From the NCBI GenBank assembly GCA_016283195.1, contig JAEEML010000041.1, forward strand, positions 1 through 35,042: a DNA stretch of 35,042 nt, read 5' to 3'. The number at the start of each line of letters is the position of its first letter. The stretch's first letter is position 1. The DNA comes from Deltaproteobacteria bacterium (lineage in GTDB: Bacteria > JAEEML01). The notes below the pieces were generated by a model. The model was given only the letters and a program-made list of their open reading frames with translations. It did no database searches and was not told the origin of the DNA. Shown in pieces: positions 17,529-27,241 of the stretch. A program made the position numbers and the translations under genes.

Positions 17529-18920
17529 TTAAACGCGCCGGTTATCGGCAGTAATTTCATACTCTTTTTTCAGGCGGTAAATGGTGCTGCGGCTGATATT
17601 AAGCTTTTTGGCCGCAAGACTCATATTACCGCGACAGTGCACTAAAGTTTCTAAAAAATATTCGCGGGTTATTGTTGCAGAAGAATTAGTGTTTATAAAA
17701 GTTATATTGTCTTCCTCCTCCTTTAAAGGCACTTTTTCCTCTCCTTTTTGGGCTTCTTCCCGGGGCTTTGGTTCTTCTTTTGGGGCTGTTTTGGTAAGGC
17801 AAATGTCTGCCGCATCTAAAATATTAGCCCGGTTTTGGCAAATAGTAAGCTGAATGCAATTAGCCAGTTCACGGATATTACCCGGCCAGTTATGCTGTAA
17901 AAGAAGATCTTGAGCCGCTTTGGTGAAATGTTTTTGAGCGGCACCGAATTTATGCAAAAAGTAATCCGCCAGTAGCAGAATATCCCGACCTCTTTCTCTA
18001 AGTGGCGGAACTTCTATAGGAAAAGCGGAGAGTCTATAAAAAAGATCCTCGCGAAAAAGATTTTTCGCCACCATTTGGGAGAGCTCGCGGTGGCTGGCGG
18101 TAATGAGGCGCACGTTTACTTTTAGCGGCATACTAGCGCCCAGCGGGGTGATTTCCCCATATTCCACGGCGCGGAGCAGAGCCGGTTGCATGGTAAGCGG
18201 CAGCTCGCCTATTTCGTCTAAAAAGAGCATCCCGCCGCTGGCGGCCATGAAAGCGCCCTGGTGGTTTTCGCTGGCGCCGGTAAAGGCTCCCTTTTTGTGG
18301 CCGAAGAGTTCGCTTGAGAGGAGGTTGTCGGTAAATGTGGCACAGTTGCGCACCAAAAAAGGCCCATCTTCTTTAGGATAAGCCAGTTCATAAAGAGCTT
18401 TGGCTACCAGCTCTTTGCCGCTCCCGGTTTCGCCGTGAATTAGTACCGGTAAACGGCTGGTGGCGGCTTTTTCTATCTCGCTATAGAGCTTTTTCATTGG
18501 CTGGCTTTCACCCAAAATGCCATGCCAGAGCTTAAAGTGCTGGCTATTTGTTGCATTTGCTTCCTGAAAAAAGGTGAGGCGGCTTCTGCCGGCTTCGATA
18601 AGGCATTTTTCGCTAAGTTCCAGCTCCTTAACCAGGCGCCCGTCAACTCTGGTGCCGTTGGTACTGCCTAAATCTTTTAAAAAATAACGGCTGCCTTTTT
18701 GGTAGATGGTGAAGTGATTGGCCGACATATAAGGGTCATTGCAGATAAAATCGCACTCCGCACCGCTGCCAATGGTGAACCGGCTGCTCTTGATAGCTAT
18801 TTGGGCTTTTTCGTTTAGCAAAAAAGCGGGCCGCGGCAGCCTTTGGGTGGTGAGCGCCGGCGCCCATTTCAAAGTGTGGCCTCCGCTAGGGCCCAATTCG
18901 TGATATTGTTCTTCCATCAT
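17529..18920 (-). CDS. FHA-domain sigma54-dependent enhancer-binding protein (bEBP)
   Basis: N-terminal FHA (LKDLGSTNGT), Walker A GETGSGKE, SELFGHKKGAFTGA, LFLDEIGE, FREDLFYRL, WPGNIREL, C-terminal Fis-type HTH. Confidence 0.95.
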   Translation of the reverse strand: MMEEQYHELGPSGGHTLKWAPALTTQRLPRPAFLLNEKAQIAIKSSRFTIGSGAECDFICNDPYMSANHFTIYQKGSRYFLKDLGSTNGTRVDGRLVKELELSEKCLIEAGRSRLTFFQEANATNSQHFKLWHGILGESQPMKKLYSEIEKAATSRLPVLIHGETGSGKELVAKALYELAYPKEDGPFLVRNCATFTDNLLSSELFGHKKGAFTGASENHQGAFMAASGGMLFLDEIGELPLTMQPALLRAVEYGEITPLGASMPLKVNVRLITASHRELSQMVAKNLFREDLFYRLSAFPIEVPPLRERGRDILLLADYFLHKFGAAQKHFTKAAQDLLLQHNWPGNIRELANCIQLTICQNRANILDAADICLTKTAPKEEPKPREEAQKGEEKVPLKEEEDNITFINTNSSATITREYFLETLVHCRGNMSLAAKKLNISRSTIYRLKKEYEITADNRRV

Positions 18921-19017
18921 TTACTCCGCAAGAACGATGCTTAAAATTGAGGACTTTCTAGCACTTTGGCCAGGCAATTACAAGACAATATTTTACTATG
19001 TGACAACCAATTAATTC

Positions 19018-19047
19018 TTGACAATTACTTAAACTAAGCAGTAAACT
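19018..19047 (+). promoter_or_regulatory. Possible sigma70-type promoter
   Basis: TTGACA-N18-TAAACT in the AT-rich divergent intergenic region. Confidence 0.45.
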
Positions 19048-19249
19048 AATTACCACTTTAATATAAATCCTAGTGGGTTTAGATTTAGTGGAGTAGTAAT
19101 TGGTGAGAGAAGACCTTATTAACCAATAAGCTTACCGAGCTAATTAAGTTCAAGCAATACTGGTGTATTTGGCTTATTACCATACGCCATCCACCATGAT
19201 TGTTTGTAGCTTTTTTAATAAAAAAAACAGATTTTTAGGAGAAAATGCC

Positions 19250-19792
19250 ATGAATAAGATTTGCAATGTTATGCTATGTATAGCTTTGTTGAGTTTGGTT
19301 GCCTGTGGTTCAAACCAGCTTAACGAAAAGACAGAAGTATCGAAGTGTAGAGAGAATTTATCCTTTGCTCAGCATGCTATTACCCAGGCTTTGGAGACTG
19401 ATAGTACTACCGATTCTCAAACCGAGCGCCTTTTGTGGGCTTACGATGAAGGTAGCAAAACTCTTAGTTTTATGCATGACAATTTTTGTAATACCTGCGG
19501 CAATGACTGGGAATACTCTCTGTTGCTCACCAAAGATGAAAAAGGTTATTCTTTGGTTAGTCTTGCCAAGGATACTTCAAAAGACAGTGCTAAATGTTGG
19601 TATTGTATCTATGACCTGAAAACCAGTGCCGTCATTGAGGAAGAACAGTCCATCAATTTAACTTTCAGTAAAAAGAGAGACAGCTTTGATGATGAAAAAG
19701 GCGAAAAAGAAATATGGTCAGGTAAAATTGAGCTTGCTCAAAGAACAGGTCAAATTTTCATAAGCGACAATAAGAAGTGCATAATAAAATAG
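19250..19792 (+). CDS. Cys-motif lipoprotein of unknown function (paralog A)
   Basis: ATG 19250 after AGGAG; lipobox LVAC; motifs SKC, WAYDEGSKTL..HD..CxxCG and CxxC.YD shared with 30540..31262. Confidence 0.85.
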   Translation: MNKICNVMLCIALLSLVACGSNQLNEKTEVSKCRENLSFAQHAITQALETDSTTDSQTERLLWAYDEGSKTLSFMHDNFCNTCGNDWEYSLLLTKDEKGYSLVSLAKDTSKDSAKCWYCIYDLKTSAVIEEEQSINLTFSKKRDSFDDEKGEKEIWSGKIELAQRTGQIFISDNKKCIIK

Positions 19793-19917
19793 TTGCCAGC
19801 GAAGAAATTCTTGGCTTACTAAGCCAGGATGAAGCTGAGGAAGCCGCAAGAAAAGCCGCTAAACTATTTGAGTAATACCTACCAACTTGTGTTCTTACAG
19901 AATCAGCTATCCCGCTC

Positions 19918-19946
19918 TTGCAGAAACCCCCAAAAATATTTATAAT
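19918..19946 (+). promoter_or_regulatory. Sigma70-type promoter for the surface-protein cluster
   Basis: TTGCAG-N17-TATAAT, 42 nt upstream of ATG 19989. Confidence 0.65.
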
Positions 19947-19988
19947 ATTACCCTCATATCGGCTATATGCCGGATATTGTGGAACAAT

Positions 19989-21785
19989 ATGAAATTTAAA
20001 TATTTTTTAACATTATTTGCCCTTTTTCTCCCTGGCGGATTTCTCGCTGCTTGCAGTAAGCCGCAAGCCGAGAAAACACCCACTTGTGTGCGCGGGCGCC
20101 TTGTTTGTCAGGATAGCAGCAGCTATAAACTCTGTTTGGGCGATAAAGGCTGGGCCGACGGTAAATGCCGCGATGATCAGGTTTGCGCCGGCCATGCCTG
20201 CCGCGACATAATTTGTGAGCCCGGAAAGCTCTACTGTTCATCAGATAATATTAATGCCATAAGGTGTGATTCTACCGGCACTACTTACAATATTGAGGAT
20301 AACTGCGCGGCCAGCAAAAACGGCCTCTGCATTGGTGCCGGCACTTGTGTCAACCTGTGCGAACCGGGCGGCAAATCTTATATCGGCTGTGAATATTTTG
20401 CCGTTGATTTGGATAATGCCTTTGTGCCCGGGCATGGCCGGCGCTATTTGGATGCTCCGGGAGCGCAATTTGCCGTTGTAGTGAGCAATACAGATAATAA
20501 TCGCGATGCTTATGTGGCTGTTACCACCCGTGATGACCCGGTTGATTCGGCTATTGTGCCGCCGCAGGGGATTCACACCTTTAATTTGCCTCGTCGCGAT
20601 GTCAACGGCACTGTCTTGGGGCCTCTTGCTTACCGCATATCTTCTAATGTGCCCATAAATGCGTACCAGTTTAACCCGCTGGAAAATGAGGATGTCTATT
20701 CCAACGATGCTTCTTTGCTTTTGCCCACCCACACTCTTGGCACTTTTCATGTGGTGATGACGCGAGAGCAAACTTTTAAAGATTTAAAAGGCTATGTAAC
20801 CGTGGTGGCCACCACGCCCGGTGAGACGGAAGTCACGGTGACAGTTTCGGCGCCAACTTTAGCCGGCAACGGCATTCCGGCACTTAAAGCCGGCGAGAGT
20901 TTCACCGCCACTTTGCTGCGTTTTGATGTTTTAAATATCGAAACCAACGAAATTGGGGCCGACCTCACCGGCAGTACGGTAAAATCCAGCCAGCCGGTAG
21001 CGGTTTTCGGCGGCAGTGAGGCGGCCAATGCTCCCAATACCAACCATTGCGGCAGCGACGGCCATTGTGAATACGACGGCAAAACCATTTGCACCAGCAA
21101 TGCCGATTGCAGCCAGTTTATCACTTGCTGCGCCGACCATTTGGAGCAGCAGCTTTATCCCACCAGCGCCTGGGGCAAGCACTATGTGGTGGCCCGCAGC
21201 TCGCCGCGCGGGATGGAAGCCGACTATGTGCGCATTTTGGCGGTTAGCGATGATACTCTGGTGGAAACATCGCCGGCTATTGGCTCCTGCGCTTTAAATC
21301 GTGGCGACTGGTGTGAATTTGAAGTCTTTGGTGATGTGGAAATACTGGCCACAGCGCCCATTTTAGTGGGCCAGTTTTTAGCTGCCGAGCAAGCACCAAA
21401 TCCTAATATTTACGGCGGGATGGAAGAAGGCGATGCCGCTATTGGCGACCCGGCTTTTATGCTCTCGGTGCCGGTTGAGCAATATCGCTCGGAATATGTC
21501 TTTTTGGCGCCCAATAAATATGCAGAGGATTATGTAAATATTATTTTGCCGGCAGATGCCGAGGCGGCTCTTGATAATCAGCTTATTCCAAATGAACTTT
21601 TTGAGAATATCGGCGCCGGCAGCAATTTTAAAGCCGGGCGTTTTCCTATTGCCGACGGTTTTCATAATGTTGTGCTCTCTAAGCCGGGGTCAATTATTGT
21701 TTATGGTTACGACCGCTATGTCTCTTACGGTTACCCGGGGGGCTTAAATCTCAATACTCTTACCGGTCAGGATGAGGAGGAATAA
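19989..21785 (+). CDS. Cys-rich lipoprotein with IgGFc-binding-protein N-terminal-type domain
   Basis: Lipobox LAAC; Cys-rich N-terminus; SYIGCEYFAVDLDN, AYQFNPL, SNDASLLLP, DLTGS, DHLEQQL, GDPAF, VSYGYPGG. Confidence 0.85.
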   Translation: MKFKYFLTLFALFLPGGFLAACSKPQAEKTPTCVRGRLVCQDSSSYKLCLGDKGWADGKCRDDQVCAGHACRDIICEPGKLYCSSDNINAIRCDSTGTTYNIEDNCAASKNGLCIGAGTCVNLCEPGGKSYIGCEYFAVDLDNAFVPGHGRRYLDAPGAQFAVVVSNTDNNRDAYVAVTTRDDPVDSAIVPPQGIHTFNLPRRDVNGTVLGPLAYRISSNVPINAYQFNPLENEDVYSNDASLLLPTHTLGTFHVVMTREQTFKDLKGYVTVVATTPGETEVTVTVSAPTLAGNGIPALKAGESFTATLLRFDVLNIETNEIGADLTGSTVKSSQPVAVFGGSEAANAPNTNHCGSDGHCEYDGKTICTSNADCSQFITCCADHLEQQLYPTSAWGKHYVVARSSPRGMEADYVRILAVSDDTLVETSPAIGSCALNRGDWCEFEVFGDVEILATAPILVGQFLAAEQAPNPNIYGGMEEGDAAIGDPAFMLSVPVEQYRSEYVFLAPNKYAEDYVNIILPADAEAALDNQLIPNELFENIGAGSNFKAGRFPIADGFHNVVLSKPGSIIVYGYDRYVSYGYPGGLNLNTLTGQDEEE

Positions 21786-24596
21786 ATGCCAAAATTAAGG
21801 GTTAAAAGTGCTTTTTTGGCTGCGCTCCTTTTGTGTAATTGCTATAGCCCACCGGCAGAAACTCCGCAAAATAACGAGCTTAACGGCTATAAAGATAATT
21901 ATATTCCCGGGATAAACGATATCCAGGTGGCCTCGCAGCTCACGCTTAATAGTATTTATCCGGCCAGCGGCCCCCTAGAGGGCGGCACGGCCATTGATAT
22001 AATAGGTAGCGGTTTTAGCCCCGAAAGCCGCGTATTTATAGGTGATAAGCCAGCGGAAAATATTGTTTTTCGTGCCGCTTCCCGCCTTTCGGCCAGCACT
22101 CCAGCAGGTGAATTTGGGCCGGTAACCGTTACGGTGATAAACGGGAGCGAAAAAGTTTCATTGCCCAATGGTTTCAGCTATTTTCACCAAGTTAAAATTA
22201 ATAAAATAGATCCCCTTATTGCCATATCCACCGGCGGCAGCCGGCTCACTATTAGCGGCCAGGGATTTATCGCCGGCACAGTGGTGCGTGTAGGTGCCGC
22301 TTTGGCCGCTATTGCCGCTTTTCCGAGTGATGAAGAAATGGTTATTGCTATTCCGCCTATGCCGGCCGGCAATTATGCGATAACTATAAGTAATTTAAAT
22401 GGAAGTTCTACATATAGCAAAAAAGTGCAAGTGGTAGATCCCTTAAAAGTGCAGGCTGTCAATCCCCCTTATGGCCCCTTGACCGGCGGCACGGAAATCA
22501 CTATTTCCGGTAGCGCTCTTTTTGAAGGCACTTCGCTTTGGCTTGGGGAGCAGCCGCTTTCTATTACGGCGGCCACCGCGGATGGCGGGAGCATTAAGAG
22601 TATTACTCCTCCGGCGGCCGGCGAGGGCATGGCCTCTTTAAGAGCCGCCAATATTTGGGGCGAAAGTGTGCTAGAAAACGCTTTTGTTTATCTGGATGAT
22701 GCTAATAGCGATGCCAGAGTTGTGGCTCTTTTGCCGCCATCCGGCCCGGCCGCCGGCGGCGAGCGCGTGACGCTTATCGGCTATAATTTGCCGGCCGAAG
22801 GTGAGGTCAAATTTGGCCCCAATAAAGCCGCTTGCCGCTATATAGATAGCCATGAAATAGTTTGCAATACCCCGGGCGGACGTGATGGCCAGGTTGATAT
22901 AACTATTGGTAATTCCATTACTTTACCGGCGGCCTATACCTATGTGGATATCGGTATTTCGGCCCTTAATCCTAAAGACGGCTCTATTGCCGGCGGCGAG
23001 CTGGTAACCATTAGCGGCCATGGCTATAAAGAGGGAACAAGAGTTTATTTCGATGGCAACAGTGCGGAACTTATTGAAATTCTTTCGCCAAATGAACTGG
23101 TGGTGCGTATTCCCCCGGCTGCTGCCGCCGGCCAAGTAGCTGTGACTCTTAGCCGCTCTGGGGTGACAGCCACTTTGGAAGAGGCTTTTACTTATTACAA
23201 TAATGCCAACCGCCTGCACTGGACCAGCGGCGGCAAAATCAATGGCGCAATCAATGGCTATATTTATAATGCTTGGAGCGGAAAGCCCTTAAAAGACGCC
23301 TACTTACTTATTGGCTCAGACCCTAAAAACGGCCTTGGCGGTTATACCGATGCCAAAGGCATGGTAACTATTTCCTCTCCCGGGCTCAAAGGGCCGCTCT
23401 CTATTGTCACCGGCAGCAAGCCCGGCTATTCCAATATAAGTTTTGTGCAAGTTGATGCCCGCGATATGATTTTTTGGCTCACTCCTTCGCCCGATGCCGA
23501 GTATCAGGAAATGCTTGAAGAGCAACAACAGCAGCAGGAAGAAGGCAACAGCGATAATGAGGGCAATGTTGATCCGGGCAATAATGAAAAGCCGCCGGTT
23601 ATGCCCAGAGTTTTCGGCAATGTAACGCGGGCTAAAAGTTTGGAGCTGGAAGCCGGGAATATTGTTTGGGTTTTTTATACACAAAATTATATGTACGGCA
23701 CTCCTTATGTGCAGTCTAAAGCCCAACTGCAATATGGCGGTGAATACTCTTTGACCGCCGAAGTGGGTGAAAAGGCTATTGTGGCCTTTAGTGGCGATTA
23801 CGATAACCGCGGCAATTTTATAGCCAAAGGCCTGGGCATAGCTCCCTTCCAATTTTTCGATTATGATAAAATTTATAAAGTGGATATTGTGATTGATACC
23901 CCTCTTGATACCCCCTTAAAGCTCATTTTTAATGATAGCCCGCTGGATGCTTTAACGCCGGTTTCCAGCACGCTCCTCACTGTGGATTTAGGCGGTATGG
24001 GCTATTTGCCCTGGCCGCAGCGTATTGGTGACAGCGCCACGGAAACCATCATGATGCCCAGTAAATTACCTCATGATCTCGGGGAGATAAAACTCTTTGC
24101 CCGCTGCGGACTCTATAGCGAAAATATGAATGTGCCCATGAGTGAAGTGCGCCTGGGGCAAATTGCACCTCATGGCGAGGTTCCGGTTTCCCCGATGCTG
24201 GGGGTATTAAAAATGCTTTCGCCGGAGCCGCAAACCTATTTTAATAATGATTACCATTTTATCTTTGAGCCGACTATTACGCCGCCGCCTTATCCCACTT
24301 TTCATCAGATTTATTATGTTGACGGTATAACCGGGCGCATTAGTTGGATGGTCTTTAGCCGCGGCGATGTAAAGGAATTTACCCTGCCTAATTATGACGG
24401 TACCTCACTGGGCTCCCCGTTTGGGGCCACCATGCAAACGACCGTTATACAATCTTATTATGTACCGGAATTGGAATTTGATGATATGGACGATTACCGC
24501 ACCGGCGATTGGATTAGCCGGGCTTATAATTATACTTATTTTGATGCGGCGCCGCCGGAAGAAACAACGGATCCGGCTGACGGCTTGTCGGAATAA
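21786..24596 (+). CDS. Large putative lipoprotein with five IPT/TIG repeats
   Basis: Signal peptide ending LLLCNC; five repeats of the form P.SGP..GG..ITI.G..F...F.Y; then a TDAKG beta-sandwich-like segment, a Q/E-rich linker and an unknown C-terminal region. Confidence 0.85.
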   Translation: MPKLRVKSAFLAALLLCNCYSPPAETPQNNELNGYKDNYIPGINDIQVASQLTLNSIYPASGPLEGGTAIDIIGSGFSPESRVFIGDKPAENIVFRAASRLSASTPAGEFGPVTVTVINGSEKVSLPNGFSYFHQVKINKIDPLIAISTGGSRLTISGQGFIAGTVVRVGAALAAIAAFPSDEEMVIAIPPMPAGNYAITISNLNGSSTYSKKVQVVDPLKVQAVNPPYGPLTGGTEITISGSALFEGTSLWLGEQPLSITAATADGGSIKSITPPAAGEGMASLRAANIWGESVLENAFVYLDDANSDARVVALLPPSGPAAGGERVTLIGYNLPAEGEVKFGPNKAACRYIDSHEIVCNTPGGRDGQVDITIGNSITLPAAYTYVDIGISALNPKDGSIAGGELVTISGHGYKEGTRVYFDGNSAELIEILSPNELVVRIPPAAAAGQVAVTLSRSGVTATLEEAFTYYNNANRLHWTSGGKINGAINGYIYNAWSGKPLKDAYLLIGSDPKNGLGGYTDAKGMVTISSPGLKGPLSIVTGSKPGYSNISFVQVDARDMIFWLTPSPDAEYQEMLEEQQQQQEEGNSDNEGNVDPGNNEKPPVMPRVFGNVTRAKSLELEAGNIVWVFYTQNYMYGTPYVQSKAQLQYGGEYSLTAEVGEKAIVAFSGDYDNRGNFIAKGLGIAPFQFFDYDKIYKVDIVIDTPLDTPLKLIFNDSPLDALTPVSSTLLTVDLGGMGYLPWPQRIGDSATETIMMPSKLPHDLGEIKLFARCGLYSENMNVPMSEVRLGQIAPHGEVPVSPMLGVLKMLSPEPQTYFNNDYHFIFEPTITPPPYPTFHQIYYVDGITGRISWMVFSRGDVKEFTLPNYDGTSLGSPFGATMQTTVIQSYYVPELEFDDMDDYRTGDWISRAYNYTYFDAAPPEETTDPADGLSE

Positions 24597-24611
24597 TGGC
24601 TTGGAGGCTTT

Positions 24612-25286
24612 GTGGACACTAGTTTTGGCGATATAATTTTAAAGCTGATTACCGTTTTGATACCGATGATTCTTTCGCTCACCGTGCATGAGTTTTCCCA
24701 TGCTTTTGCCGCCCATCTTTTGGGGGATAACACCGCGAAATTTCAGGGGCGACTCACCTTAAATCCCTTGCCGCATATCGACCCAATCGGCACTTTGCTT
24801 TTGCCCGGTATGGCAGTTGTTATGAGCTCCATGGGGGTGCCCTTTTTCGGCTGGGCCAAACCGGTGCCGGTAAATCCCATATATTTTAACAAAAAATATT
24901 CTATGCGCACCGGTATGCTTTTGACAGCTGCCGCCGGGCCTTTGAGCAATTTTATCATGGCTTTCCTTAGCGGCGGGCTTTTGGCTGTTTTTTATCATGC
25001 TAACCTGCTGCAAAGTCTGCCGGCTCTTTTCAGTTTTATTGTTACTTTTTTCCAAATTAATTTGGTACTGGCCATTTTTAACCTTATTCCCATTTATCCG
25101 CTCGATGGTCAAAAAGTGCTCTCCGGTCTCTTGCCGCGTGAGATGTCCAACTCTTTTGAGGATTTTTCGCGGCGCTACGGCTCATTTTTATTAATCGGCC
25201 TGATTATTTTTGGCGGCCGCCTTATTTCTTTGCCGCTCTCCTTAGCCTTTTCTTTTATTCTCAGCCTTTTCGGTTTGCCGGTATGA
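24612..25286 (+). CDS. Site-2 protease (M50 family) intramembrane metalloprotease
   Basis: HEFSH, GRLTLNPLPHIDPIG, GWAKPVPVNP, AGPLSN, FNLIPIYPLDG; GTG start with GGAGG RBS. Confidence 0.95.
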   Translation: MDTSFGDIILKLITVLIPMILSLTVHEFSHAFAAHLLGDNTAKFQGRLTLNPLPHIDPIGTLLLPGMAVVMSSMGVPFFGWAKPVPVNPIYFNKKYSMRTGMLLTAAAGPLSNFIMAFLSGGLLAVFYHANLLQSLPALFSFIVTFFQINLVLAIFNLIPIYPLDGQKVLSGLLPREMSNSFEDFSRRYGSFLLIGLIIFGGRLISLPLSLAFSFILSLFGLPV

Positions 25287-25296
25287 GGAGGTTTTT

Positions 25297-27228
25297 ATGC
25301 AACGCCGCTTGGGAATGATGCTTGCAATATCTTTAATTATTACCGCTTCTTGTGAAGAAGAAGTTATTTCCAGTATCAGCTCGAAAATATTTATCGAACC
25401 GGTAGCCAGAACTTCTTCAACCTCTTCTATAAATAAAGATACCGTCACGGTGAATATGGGCGAAGTTGCCCTCTATTCCGGCGATTCGGCGCTTTTTAAA
25501 GTTAGCAATCCCTCAACCAAGACTCTCTATATTTCCGAAGTTAAAAACAAAACAGATGATAAAGATTCACCTTTTGTTGTGCGTAGTTATCCTAAAAGTG
25601 TATTAACAGATCTAAGTAGCAAACAAGATTCATATATTGTTATCCACTACGCCCCAAAAACGGAATGGCAAGATAAAAACGGCAACGGCAAAGTAGATGA
25701 CGCTGAGCTGGATAAGGCCACTTTTGTCGTGCGCTCCGATGCTTCCAACGGCGAAGCGGAAATTCATGTTACCGGTTACGGAGTTTTTAAAGGCTATCCC
25801 GATCTCAAAGTTTGTTATGGCAATTATTGCGGCCCCGATGATAACGCCGAATGTCAAAGCGAACCGGGCCTGGGTATTACTTGCACAGCCAGTGTGCCTC
25901 TCGATTTCGGCAATATTGGCTTAGGCGGCACCGGCACGCAGGTTGTTACTTTGAAAAATGTGGCCGATTGCCCCCGCCCTGATGGCGCCGATCTATGTGA
26001 TTTTCCTGAGCTTTGTTTGGTTTCTATTAATAAAAATTCTAACCGGGAAAATATCGGTTTCGGTTTTGCCAAAGGCACTAACCAGCTGGGTCATTTTGAA
26101 ATTGTTGGCAGTGTAGTTATGCCGGCAGAACTCGCTCAGGAAGTTTATACAGCCAATTGCAGCGAAAAAATCAGCCACCTTTCGGAAGTAAAAATGCGCC
26201 TTAATTACAATGCGCCGCCCATGCAAAGCCAGGATGAGGCCATGTTGGTTATAGAGAGTAACGATCCCCTAAACACGGTAATAAAAGTGCCGATTAAAGC
26301 CAGTGCCAAAGATGCGCCCATTGCCAGATGCCACTTTAGGGAAGCCGACCCGAACGATCCCACCGCCCCTTATACTACGGGCAATGGCATTGCTCCTTTA
26401 ATGAGAGCCTATTTCGACGGCATTAACAGCTACGACCCCCATGCCGATGAAAATGCTTTAAATCATGGTATCACAAGCTATGAGTGGGAAGTTATTCGCT
26501 ACCCTGATGGCACAAATCCCAATGATTTTAAAGCTGTTTCCAATGGCCGCTATTTTGATTTCTTTTTGCCGCTTGCCGGTGATTATGAAGTAAAACTAAA
26601 AGTATATGACCGCGAAGGCACAGCTTCTGGTGATACCAGAGAATCGGTATGCCAGTTTAAGGTTATCCCGGCCAGTAAGCTCCATGTGCAGCTGGTTTGG
26701 GATCACCCGACAAACGATCAGGATTTACACCTGGTTTATCTCGATAAGAGCCATGTTATTTGCGACAAAGAAGCCGATTGCTATTGGAGCAATAAAGGCC
26801 CGGTTTGGTTTAACGGCGACGGCGCCAGTGAAGGGGCCAATCCGCGCCTGGATATAGACGATACCAACGGCATGGGGCCGGAAAATGTCAATATTGATGA
26901 TCCCAGGCCCGGTACATACCGCGTTTATGTGCATTATTTTGCCGTGAGCGGTGCCTCCTCCGCCGGGGCAGCAGCCGACGCCGTTGCTACTCCGGCCTCC
27001 ACATTGGAGACGAGAAACACGGTGCGTATTCATATTAACGGCCTCCAAGTGGCTGAATATCGCCGCACGTTGAGCAATGTGAAAGATATGTGGGCTGTTG
27101 CCGATATTGTCTGGAAAGAAAACGGCACAGCGGAAGTTATTCCTCTTGGCGGCAATAGCGGCTCGGATTACGGTTTTATTTGCCCAGATTTTAGCTGCTC
27201 GGCTCTTACCACCTGCGAAGCTCCGTAA
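25297..27228 (+). CDS. Lipoprotein with ASH-like Ig domains, PKD-like domain and YfaP/DUF2135-like C-terminus
   Basis: Lipobox ITASC; LDFGNI...VTLKNV...IESNDP; FDGINSYDP...SYEW...AGDYEVKLKVYD; VQLVWD...DQDLH...LDIDDTNGMGPENVNI...GTYRVYVHYF. Confidence 0.75.
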   Translation: MQRRLGMMLAISLIITASCEEEVISSISSKIFIEPVARTSSTSSINKDTVTVNMGEVALYSGDSALFKVSNPSTKTLYISEVKNKTDDKDSPFVVRSYPKSVLTDLSSKQDSYIVIHYAPKTEWQDKNGNGKVDDAELDKATFVVRSDASNGEAEIHVTGYGVFKGYPDLKVCYGNYCGPDDNAECQSEPGLGITCTASVPLDFGNIGLGGTGTQVVTLKNVADCPRPDGADLCDFPELCLVSINKNSNRENIGFGFAKGTNQLGHFEIVGSVVMPAELAQEVYTANCSEKISHLSEVKMRLNYNAPPMQSQDEAMLVIESNDPLNTVIKVPIKASAKDAPIARCHFREADPNDPTAPYTTGNGIAPLMRAYFDGINSYDPHADENALNHGITSYEWEVIRYPDGTNPNDFKAVSNGRYFDFFLPLAGDYEVKLKVYDREGTASGDTRESVCQFKVIPASKLHVQLVWDHPTNDQDLHLVYLDKSHVICDKEADCYWSNKGPVWFNGDGASEGANPRLDIDDTNGMGPENVNIDDPRPGTYRVYVHYFAVSGASSAGAAADAVATPASTLETRNTVRIHINGLQVAEYRRTLSNVKDMWAVADIVWKENGTAEVIPLGGNSGSDYGFICPDFSCSALTTCEAP

Positions 27229-27241
27229 ATGAGGTTTTTTT

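Noticed and set aside
18925-18945. Sigma54 promoter for the bEBP (AAGCATCGTTCTTGC on the minus strand)
   Set aside because: Lacks the invariant GG at -24 and abuts the RBS.
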